From: Octopus vulgaris
Taxonomy: Eukaryota
Assembly (NCBI GenBank): GCA_951406725.2
Contig: OX597817.1
Coordinates: 6,324,001-6,388,000, forward strand
Length of the DNA stretch: 64,000 nucleotides
Direction of reading: 5' to 3'
Below are positions 53,620 through 64,000 of this stretch, piece after piece (within the stretch, counting starts at the first letter, position 1; the number at the start of each line of letters is the position of its first letter). The notes below the pieces were generated by a model that was given only the letters and a program-made list of their open reading frames with translations, made no database searches and had not been told where the DNA came from. Made by a program: the position numbers and the translations under genes.

Positions 53620-54598
53620 ATCCTGTAAAATTGTTTGGGGTTATGTTGTTACCCTTGAGGAATCTAACGCGCTTTTCACACCTTGCTATGCGGGCGGCTT
53701 TAGCACATACCTTTTGCTTGATGGTTTCTAGGGTGGTATCGATGTCAAACATGGTTTTCATATATTTTTTTCTTTAATTTTCGACTTTTCGTACATTTGA
53801 TAGTCTTGTTAAACTTAAAGTTTTACAAACATTCTATGTCAGATCTAAGTAGCTTAATTTGGTGTTGAATACACTCTTGCCAAGGAGGCTTTTTGCGGGA
53901 ATGTTATAGTTTTCTTATCTTTTCACAACATAGAATCGTTGAGACTTTCGCGGATGCATAGTACAGGTGGTCGAGATCTGTAATATTAAAATCATTCGCT
54001 AAAAATGTTATCCTTAAGTGCAAGGCGGATTTTACCAATTATTTTCAGGTTTTGGTTAGAATTGCAACTTCTTGAGAGAGTATCGCGTTCATTCATACTG
54101 GTTTCTTTAATTTCCAGACATTCAATCATGGTTTGATGTTTTAGATCATGTAGTTCTGTTGCATCAATTTCTGTGTTACTTCCTTCATCTATTTGATTTC
54201 CATCTGCCTTAGTGTTTATGGTTGGTTCAGAGAGTACTTCACTTTGCTCATTAGTTATATTAACTCTTTCAATCCTAACTGCATGTTCATCAGCCGTGGG
54301 CTGGTCTATAATTATTTCCTCTGTAGAATCTTCTTTAGCTGCAGCTTCATCCTTTTTATCCCTTACTGCTTGTTTAATTTGGTCAATCTCCTACTTCAGT
54401 TAGTAAATTTTTTTTCATAACGTTTCTTCTGACGTTGGCAAGTTTGTTACTATGTAGGGTCTTACTTCAAGGTGTTTCTGGCTCCAGTTTAAGTAGGTTT
54501 GTACAGTATTAGATTTATGCGTGGGGAAATATATGGCAAGGTAGAAGGCCGTAAGAACTTTATTATCTTCCTTAGACCATTTTCCATTCTTTTCTTTT
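53620..54598 (-). pseudogene. R4/Dong-like LINE N-terminal region, degenerate
   Basis: KWSKEDNKVL..AFYLA..LANVRR..NLLTEVEIDQIKQAV; PPWQECIQHQIKLLRSDI; TTLETIKQKVCAKAARIARCEKR. Confidence 0.6.
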
Positions 54599-54674
54599 GG
54601 AGCATATGGCGTAGTGGCAAGAGCGTGGGCTACTAACCCCAAGATACCGATTTCGATTCCAGGCAGTGGCCTGA
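54599..54674 (+). mobile_element. tRNA-like SINE head followed by (AAT)n
   Basis: A-box TGGCGTAGTGG, anticodon-like arm gggctactaaccc, degenerate B-box gatttcgattcc. No proper acceptor stem. Confidence 0.6.
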
Positions 54675-54735
54675 ATAATAATAATAATAATGATAGTAAT
54701 AATGATAATAATAATAATGATGATGATGATGATGA

Positions 54736-54820
<85 letters not shown>

Positions 54821-54841
54821 GTTATTATTATTATTATTATT

Positions 54842-55803
54842 CAGTAGTTTATTTTCATAACGTCCTTTCACTTCACTACCTAGTGCAACTCTGTGTGTCT
54901 TGGGTATGTGCTGTGGTTTGCTGTGATGCTCTTATGGTTATTGTATTGAAAGTGTTTTGAGTAGGATGTGTGCAGTGCCCAATATATTTGTAAGTTCTAG
55001 TATTTTTATTATGTATTTGTCTGAATATTTTTCATCATATATAATGCGCCTACTATGATAGGAATTGTTTCTGTTTTAGATTCCATGTTCGAGTTACCTT
55101 TATTTGCAGGTCTTTGTATTTTGAAAATTTCTCCATTTCTTTTAGAGAAACGTTGTCGTCTGCTAGTATTGATACATCAATTAGAAAGCATTTTGTTTTC
55201 TTCATGATCCCTGACAACTATATCTGGCCTATTTGCCTTAATTTCTCTATATGTGTGTATTGGCATATCCTATAGTATGATTGCTTTCTCGTTTTCTGTG
55301 ACTTTTTCTGGCGTGTCTTTATACCCTCTTGTTTCTGCTCTTATTCCATAATGTTGGCGTAGCTTCCAGAGTAGGTAGGTCCCAACTCTGTCGTGTCTGT
55401 AAATATATTCCTTCTTAGCCAGGACTGGGCAGCCAGAGATAATATGATTTATTGTCTCTAGTCCATTTCCACATATTCTGCAGTTACTTGTTATTTTTCT
55501 TTTCATTATATGTTTTTGGTACTTTCTGGTGCGGAGGCTTTGGTCTTGTGCTGAAATTAAAATCCTTCAGTCGCTGCTTTGAGTCCTGAGCTTCTCAACC
55601 ATAGATGGGATTTTCTCTGTCTATTCTTTTGCATTTCGTTTAGCCCAGTATTTACCCTTAAGTGGCTTTCCTTACCATCGTTTTATTATGGTCCGTTGCT
55701 GTTCTAGTTTTAGTTTGGATTTAATTTGTTTTATAATTTCTGTTTCTTCTTTTTCATGTTTGTTAGGTAGTATGATTTCTCGTTTATAATTGTCAGCTTC
55801 CTC
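54842..55803 (-). pseudogene. second, frameshifted copy of the 46531-47716 R4/Dong-like LINE 3' end
   Basis: CRICGNGLETINHIISGCPVLAKKEYIYRHDRVG and the same 3' UTR, abutting (ATT)n. Confidence 0.85.
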
Positions 55804-55871
55804 AGAATTTTGCTTCGTAATCACATCGTTCTGGATTCAGTTCCACTGCATGGCTCCTTGAGCAACTTTAA

Positions 55872-55998
55872 TGTGGCGAACTAGCAGAATCGTTAACACC
55901 CCGGGCAGAATGCTTAGCGGTATTTGTTGTGCCTTTACGTTCTCAGTTGAAATGCCTCCGATGTCGCCTTTGTCTTTCAGCCTTTCCAGGTCGATAAA
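55872..55998 (+). mobile_element. SINE family B 5' part, degenerate
   Basis: tggcgaactagcagaatcgttaacac..ctttcagcctttccaggtcgataaa matches the reverse complement of 21036-21269. Confidence 0.65.
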
Positions 55999-57191
55999 TT
56001 TTTATTTTTGTTGTTGTCGCTGCTGGTGTTGCTACTGTTGCTGTTGTTGTTATTATTGTTGCTGTTGCTGTGGTTGTTGTCGATGTCGTTGTTCTAGTTA
56101 GAATTATTGTTTTTACTGCAGCTGTTATATAGGAATATCATAAATATAGTAATTATTGCGGCTAGAATAGCTTCTTATGTATACTTCATTTATTATTTTT
56201 TTAATTTTAAAACATGTTGCTAGGAATGACTATCATATTACCGATATTAGTATTGTTGTTGCTGGCGTTATAGTTTTTTCCCTATATATTATCTGCCATC
56301 AATTTGGCGATAAACACGAAACATTATGACTCAGTAATATTTATATATAGATAACTGCTACCAATATATTTGCTTCATTAACTACGCTTATTCAATGGAG
56401 ATTATTTGCAGATGCCTTCTCAAATATATCCCCACATCCTAATGTATACGTGGCCGTGTATGTGATACGCCGGCGTTTTGATACTGTTGACATTATAGAT
56501 TTTCCATACTGTGATATGATTTCGCTTCCTGTGTTAAAATGATAACACTTCAGGAAAGCGTGCAAATGAAGCTGTAACTCCGCTTTCATGCATATAGGTT
56601 GATGCTGGCTCTAGGGAACTATATTACGTAGGTTTTCATACAGATGTAGTAATGCAACATTTCAATACTGGGCTTTACTCTGATCTACCTGGAGAAATCA
56701 ACCTTGAAAATATTAATTCAGTAAACCACTTGTTCATATAGCGTATCCAGCACATTCCAATGTATGCGTTTATTGATTTGTCAACACATTCCCACGGAAA
56801 CCTTGATATGATTAAGGGGAAAGAGCGACAAGGTTAAATCGTAAAGTTCAAGCTCGCTATTTGAGAGGTGCACATAAGGTTATTTAAATACCCCTAACAT
56901 TAATAGGAGAGCACATATCAGGCAAATGACTGTAACTCGTTGTAAGATGCGGTGCTAAAAAATGATACGCATTTGTGAATATAATTCGAAATGTTTATAC
57001 ACCTATAAGCTGATCCTTCCTCGTTATGTAAACAACTCCAAACTATTACTGTAACTCATAGAATGCCCATAGTTTCAAATAGAATTTTGTCTACGTTATT
57101 ACTCTGTAGTCTCTTTGATATATCCAGTATACAGAAATATATCTTGATCTGGTTTCCTACTTCTCTCTTTTCTCTTCTCTTGTCATCTCTT

Positions 57192-57223
<32 letters not shown>

Positions 57224-59509
57224 CTGTAGTTAATTACCGATTTTTATAGTCATAAATTCATTGAAATATACACATGTAAAGTGGTCAGTCGCAATACAAA
57301 TCATTATACTAAATTGCTTGAAACTGCAACAATTTATCGTTTTTCAGTTACGTTAATTGGATTTACTCTAAAACTGTGTGAATCTGGTGTAGATGAGCTA
57401 ATCTGAATTTCCCTCAAGTGAAAAAAAAAAAACAACAAAAAAGAAACAGTATGCATTAAATTTTCTTCTACGGCATTCACTAAACAGACACAGTATTGAG
57501 GGATGTCTCGTTAGATATATTATGGCAACTATTCCTTTAATGGCGAGTATTCTAGAGCAGTCTGGAAATATAATGCATTACACTAACAATGTTGAGTAGA
57601 ATTATATAAATATGTAGAAGCAAAGCGTAATATGACTATGTGTAGTAACAAGGAATGATTACTGTATTATCAAGAGATTAAATGAATGCTATTCTCTATT
57701 ATTTGGTAACCGAAAATAGGCTACTGTTCCAAATTCTCGATACTTTCATAACTGCTGAATCTAATACTTTTGTATGAATTTAGTAGACATTGATTCAGTG
57801 GCATTCCTCTTTCTAGATGTCATGCCCTGGTTCAGGAAACATCTCAATAGACTAAAATCTATTCTTTAACGCTTCGTAATAGAGTAAGATTCCATTGATC
57901 AGAAATTACATGTGCTGTATAGAATAAACTGCATCGATTCTTAAAATGTGAACTGCCACTGAGTTTCTCGAATTAAAGTGATTATATTAGTTTACTCTCG
58001 CTAATCAGTTCAATTTTCCTTGGTTATGTTAAATTGTTAATCTATAACATTAAAGTTAATATAAACATAGCGTATTAATTTTAGAATGTACAGAGAAAAC
58101 AGAGTTGAACAAAATGTTGGGAAAACATAATGGCTTTTGAAAGAGATTCGTAATACACATCTTTGGAATTCATTTTCAGATATATACACTCCGCTTAAAT
58201 ATGTATTGATTATAAGGTTTATTTTATTCTAATAATTGTTTTATGAGGTTTCTATGATGTCAAGGAATGCTCTGGTTACTAATGAGATGGTTTTAAAAAT
58301 TATGCTGGTCGATAAAATATGATCGATCTTCGTGCGGCAAGTTTTCCTAGAGCTTGTCGCATTAATTGCTTTGGCTTTCTGGTCAAGCGCAGAGGAACAA
58401 TGGTTGCCTGTTTTTCACGATATTTTAATTCGATAACTTACATTTTCTATACAAGCAAATCATCAGTATTATATCCAATATTGCATTTCTTCGTGGATTT
58501 GTGGAATCGGCGAATATGTTGCACTGGTTACGTTAGATAGCAAGAGATTGGGGACAAGATGATTATATTGCTTAGGATAGATCTCTATCTCACCGGAGTT
58601 TATCTCATATATATTTTAAAATATGGTACATTCGTTTTACAAACATCTGAGTAGCTTACTTCTGCCTACACACTTTGGTTACTGACCAATTTTCAAATCT
58701 CATCACAAGACATTTACGCACGTATACACACATATATATGCACGTGTGCACAAGACCAGTGTAAATTGCCCGCCTAAACTCCTCGTGCGATATGGTCAAA
58801 AAACCAACGTAGTGAATATAATGACGAAGAACATATATAAATTTATATAAATAAGGATAAGATCGTTATTTACAATACCGATAATATCAAGTGGCTAGCA
58901 TGGGAATTATTACCTCATAGGTAATAATTATTATTAAAATTATAATTAAGGGTATATAAAAGACACCACCATGCTAGATATAGCAGCCAAAACTTGACTC
59001 TAAAACCACAGCACCAAGAGAAAAGACAATGAGACAAAATAAACTAGCAAAACATTATTGGATAATTCCAGATCCCACATTTATGACTTTGCATAAGAAA
59101 TGTTTTGCCTCATCAGTGGAATACATGCAAAATAGTACGTAAATAGAAATATATATATATTAAATCCCATGTTTCAAATAAGTGCTGAGAATTGAAGATG
59201 ATTGCAAGGACAGAGAACTACCTGGTTTTTAAGAGTGAGAACATCGGGTAAAACATGTTACTGACATTACTAGCTTGTACCCCAGCTAATTACTGTATGT
59301 ATGGACGTATGTTGAGAAATGCATAATCCATATTTCATTTTATTTAGAGATTTAAAAGGCATACTTAAATTCCACTATTTTCAATAACCTGGTAAACGCC
59401 GGGTTATTAACGTATAAAGTTTGTATCTCAGGTACTAGGAGGTAAGACCTGCGTAGACTTTGTTTCATGTTAGAGATCTAAAAGGCATTTTAAAATTTCC
59501 TTATTTTCT

Positions 59510-59542
59510 TTAGCCCGGGCAACGCCGGATGTTTCAGCTGGT
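59510..59542 (+). mobile_element. Helitron-like 3' end
   Basis: cccgggcaacgccgg hairpin then cagCTGG|t. Similar to 221-248. Confidence 0.5.
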
Positions 59543-60336
59543 ATATATGTATATGTGTGCGTGCACGCACGTATGTGTATGTGTGTATGTATATATATGT
59601 ATGTAATCTATTCCCCATATATGTCATTTCAAAATTCGAATGAGATTTATGTCGACACACTCTGTCGTGGTGTATAAGCAAGTAGCAACACAACACTTAT
59701 GTCTACATATTATTAAATACTGCACATCTCTGAAGTACAACTCGCTATAAAAACTATAATTTAATGCATGAAGTTCAGCATGTTATACTATAAATAGCCA
59801 ATGTACAAATTGCGGTCATATGCAATATAAACATTGTATATGTGATTTTGCAATACTATTTAGCCTCATGTGGCATGCATCCAGCTCCATGATATATGAA
59901 ATTCAATTGAAATGAAGCAAGAAATGCAATTGTTTTTGTTGTACTTCATTACAGAGTGAGAATGTGTTCGTATGCTTAATGATTGAACTACCTTTTATGC
60001 AGTTGCCTGTATGTAAGTATCTTGAACTATTTAGCAATATGCTTCATTGTAATAATATTTGAAAATATGTACTAAGATAACTCCATTTTATGTTAACGTT
60101 CTAATTGTTCTATGCTCCTGCTAGTAGCTGACAAATAGAAACAAAGTCCTGCTTTTACAAAAAAAAAAAAAAACAGAAAAAACAGCGCAGTATGTTATAG
60201 ACTATAGAAAATTGGTACAGAAATAAACGTCTTTTTATTAGGTATATTCTTTCAAAGCCAGTTTGCGTTTATATACGTATATAAAAGCAAACTAAGTAGT
60301 TAAGAAAATCTCCATAAGAAATCAAGGCAGCACTTA

Positions 60337-60378
<42 letters not shown>

Positions 60379-60432
60379 TAGATATAGATATATACATATA
60401 TATAAATATAAATATAAATATAAATATATATA

Positions 60433-60565
<133 letters not shown>

Positions 60566-60589
60566 TTATATATAAATATATATCATATA

Positions 60590-61942
60590 TTGATAAAAAC
60601 GGTAAGATAACAAAAGAAAGGAAGATACCTCAATATTATGTAAATAGAGGAAATTTATCTATAAAATAATATGTACAATTACTCAATGGTCAAGATAAAA
60701 CTCTGAGTTTCAGATGCCGAAGTGGAAATCCACAACACCATCTCTTCGGTTATCTGGCCATCTGAAAAAACGCTATGAAAAAATACCGTTATATAAAGGG
60801 AAATTACTGTGTTATAATTCTGCAACTTATATAAAATAAGATTAAAATTTCATAGTAAAATACGGCTAGTCATACGCTCACATGTGCGCTCGCGGACCCA
60901 CGTGCGTACTTATACGTCACTATGAAAACGTACACATCTTCACTCGCATTTTTCACCAAATATATACGCATATATATATACAAACTCATACACACACACA
61001 TGCGTACCGTAAAAGTTCATACATACGTCTAAAGACGCAGAAGCATAAGAAAACCCATGGTTAAAGGTAACAGAAAAAACATAAGGAAGTATACAAAGCA
61101 TAAAAACCACGTTCATATACGGACATGCCTTTATGCACTCATACACACGCACGCCCATATATGTACATATCCGCACATGTTTATATACGCATACATACAC
61201 ACTCATATATGAAAAACGTCTATATATATATGCATTCTTATACTCGCACACACGCACACATCTAAAACTGCCCATTCATACATATTCACAAACGTGTACA
61301 AAAAAATCTATATACACGTCTATAGAAAGGCACAGGAAAAAATGCAGGATAGAAAAGTACAGAAAAAAATTAATATGTGTGAAAATATAAAAATATATGA
61401 AATAATAAAAGGTATAATGAGATAAAAAACTTTTTGGGACATAATATAGAAAGCAAGTTCTGTCTGTTTTCTTTAGGGGACCAAAAACGTAACAAAAATT
61501 TTGTCACATATGGGCATGATCCGAAAAGTTCTGTCCTTGAGTTTAGACATGTAGTAGGGTCTAAGCTGCTTTTCCAGATAAGCCATCTCTCCATGTCGCA
61601 TAGACCGCACTTTCCGCTGCCGTTGGTGTAGGGCTTACATTTGGCCAAAATCTTCCAATGGAAAAATGCAAGTGAAGATGTGTACGTTTTCATAGTGATG
61701 TATAAGTACGCACTTGGGTGCGCGAGCAAACATGTGAACGTATGACTAGCCGTGTTTTACTATGAAATTTTATATAAGTAGCAGAATTATAACACCGTAA
61801 TTTCCCTTTATATAACGGTATTTTTTCATAGCGTTTTTTCAGATGGCCAGATAACCGAAGTGATGGTGTTGTGGATTTCCACTTCGGCATCTGAAACTCA
61901 GAGTTTTATCTTGACTATTGAGTAATTGTACATATCATTTAT
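60590..61942 (-). mobile_element. 5'-truncated Penelope-like retroelement with inverted pseudo-LTR
   Basis: Arms 60660-60954 / 61661-61942, tail 60590-60659, (TA)n flank. The GIY-YIG C-terminus starts exactly at the inversion junction. Hammerhead-like motifs at 60695-60753 (-) and 61851-61909 (+). Confidence 0.85.
61370..61660 (-). pseudogene. Penelope-like GIY-YIG endonuclease C-terminus
   Basis: HWKILAKCKPYTNGSGKCGLCDMERWLIWKSSLDPTTCLNSRTELFGSCPYVTKFLL, homologous to the 15115-15291 peptide. Confidence 0.85.
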
Positions 61943-61949
61943 ATATATG

Positions 61950-62300
61950 AAAGACCACTTATGAGGGTCATGTAAGTTTTACTGGTAATGCATAATCCAA
62001 TACCTGTTGCATGGTCGGGATGTCGGCGACTAAATCGGCGCCCTCACCTGGCATCCCTTGTGAGGAGGGTTATTAGAAACCCAGCAGGATTAAAAATAAA
62101 GACCTGTTGAAAGGTCGGATGAACCTAATGCAGGATCAACGGCTATCTAGCAGAATTTTCAGGATGGTGTCCGGCGTGCAAGAAGACTTCTAAGAGTGAG
62201 GCACCCCTCAGCTTCAGTTGAAGCATATCTCTAGGAGAAGGTCACTCTGATATAAAACCAGATATACAGGGAATGGCATTGGACATTTTGGGGATCTTTA
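61950..62300 (+). mobile_element. probable RTE-type LINE 5' UTR
   Basis: The tctaggagaaggtcactctgatataaaacc motif recalls RTE 5' UTRs. A GC-rich pseudoknot-forming segment lies at 62017-62082. Confidence 0.45.
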
Positions 62301-62961
62301 GTTTGTGCTAGAGATCTTGGCGCTCCTACATCTCTGAGCAAGCGACTCATATTGGTACCAGACATATCGCTCCGGCTTGTCTCTGGATAGCGTCCTTAGA
62401 GTGGAGTGGCTCTTTGAGGTGTCGGGCAAATCTTACTGGACCTAAAACTCTGCACAAGCACTGCTGACCTCTGCCCGATATGTGCTGCATTTTTTCCCAA
62501 TATATACTTTTTTCCTTTTCCGTATATATGTAACTTTATTTTTAGTATATATTTATTTATTTTTAGTATATAGAAGAAGGGAGTTTATAATTATGAACAA
62601 ATCACAACTATAACTATGAGGGTCTGAAAAACCCTTACGTGTTTAGAAATAACAGTCAAAAACCACTATAAAGCCACTACTATTACTCCTATTGTATACC
62701 CTAACACAATACATGTTGTCTGCGGGCGACATGACTTGTAAAATCTACAACTTATAATTAAAAGATTAATTCACCCGCGGAACAGCATTTATTATGAAGA
62801 GGCATAGCATGAGTGTTAATAGGGGCTTTATAGAGATTTTTGACTGCTATTTCTAAACATGTTAGGGTTTTTGAAACGTTCTTAGTTATAACTGTGACTT
62901 GCTAATAATTATAAACACTCTTCTTCTATGTATTTTATGATAAAATGTTTGGCCATTGATA

Positions 62962-63370
62962 TACTCTTTACTCTTTTACTTGTTTCAGTCATTTGACTGC
63001 GGCCATGCTGGAGCACCGCCTTTAGTCGAGCAAATCGACCCCGAGACTTATTCTTTGTAATCCCAGTACTTATTCTATCGGTCTCTTTTGCCGAACCGCT
63101 AAGTGACGGGGACGTAAACACACCAGCATCGGTTGTCAAGTAATGCTAGGGGGACAAACACAGACACACAAACACACACCTACATATACATATATATACA
63201 TATATACGACGGGCTTCTTTCAGTTTCCGTCTACCAAATCCACTCACAAGGCATTGGTCGGCCCAGGGCTATAGCAGAAGACACTTGCCCAAGATGCCAC
63301 GCAGTGTGACTGAACTCAGAACCATGTGGTTGGTTAGCAAGCTACTTACCACACAGCCACTTCTGCGCCT
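62962..63370 (-). mobile_element. SINE family A, full length
   Basis: Reverse complement of the 7156/15491 copies. Confidence 0.9.
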
Positions 63371-63635
63371 ATATATTCATAAATAATTATTAATTGTTTA
63401 ATATATATTCTCAGTAATGTGTCATTATATTACTTTTTAATTATTTAATTTTCCCTACTCATATTTGGTGGTTCGCCGTGGCTCGAATGAACCGGTCTTG
63501 TCTCATAAACGCTGTGCATGACGTTTGGATTCAGAATTTGAGATTGTAGATAGAAGTTGACACATTATTCTTGCCGGTCAGGGTACATGTAAGCCCCAGA
63601 GTGAGATCTTGTATCTAATTCTATCTATAGGAATA

Positions 63636-63697
63636 TTCTCCTGAAGAGACGAATGGGACCCTTAATAGGTTCCTAACGTCGAAATTACTATAGAGAA
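63636..63697 (+). ncRNA. type-I hammerhead ribozyme, canonical core
   Basis: ttctc-CTGAAGA-gacg...cgtc-GAAA-ttacta-TA^gagaa: 5-bp stem I, extended stem II, weak stem III. Downstream 63698-63750 is inverted at 62717-62772. Confidence 0.7.
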
Positions 63698-64000
63698 ATT
63701 ACCTTTTTATTTTTAAGTTGTGGATTTTATAAGTCATGTCACCCGCAGACATAATTTATTTTATGATGACCTGTTTGGCCATTGACACATTCATAAATGA
63801 TTATTAATTGTTTTAATTATTTTTAGTATATATTTATTTTATTTTTATTCGGAAGTTTTGCGGCGAAGGGAAGGTGGTGACGCATGCAGATCTGACGGGC
63901 TTGAAACATGTCGTCAGCGACGTGCACGCTGGCAGGCCGTGCTAGATATAAAGTCGTCTCCTTGTCGCCCCTTTTGTGCACTCATAAAGCATCATGTGCC

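Noticed and set aside
54599-54674. Functional tRNA gene
   Set aside because: The acceptor stem does not pair, the B-box is degenerate and it runs into (AAT)n, so it is treated as a SINE head.
56380-56800. Possible host exon or receptor pseudogene
   Set aside because: Stops in the frames I translated, no recognisable domain and no supported splice pair.
61661-61729. N-terminal part of ORF 61370-61729
   Set aside because: It comes from the non-coding inverted arm fused in frame. Only 61660 downward is GIY-YIG sequence.
63878-63916. tgac...GAAA-catg-TC-gtca hammerhead-like half
   Set aside because: The CUGANGA box is missing at the required position.

Overview
AT-rich, microsatellite-saturated eukaryotic non-coding DNA. 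I can support no host protein-coding exon. The tRNA-derived SINE set and (TA)n/(TAA)n load look like an octopus (coleoid cephalopod) intron or intergenic region, which is an inference. Almost all listed ORFs are microsatellite or satellite artefacts. The real coding remnants are transposon-derived: two Penelope-like GIY-YIG endonuclease C-termini (14.6-15.3 kb +, 61.4-61.7 kb -), several R4/Dong-type REL-endonuclease LINE 3' ends stacked in (TAA)n tracts (45.7-55.8 kb), an RTE LINE 3' end, a CR1-like remnant and two Tc1/mariner transposase remnants. There is also a Tc2-like MITE and two Helitron-like 3' ends. The main hidden signal is a set of about ten sequence-unrelated short elements, mostly fold-back palindromes (inverted arms) sitting in (TA)n tracts. 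Each carries a minimal type-I hammerhead ribozyme motif (stem I-CUGANGA-stem II-GAAA-palindromic stem III-NUH-stem I), about 18 motif copies in all, including U3-A8 covariant and C4 variants. Two of these elements still hold Penelope GIY-YIG coding sequence, which ties the set to Penelope-like retroelements. A ~5.5 kb phased A/T-tract satellite is nested inside a single SINE and begins with the terminus of one of these families.
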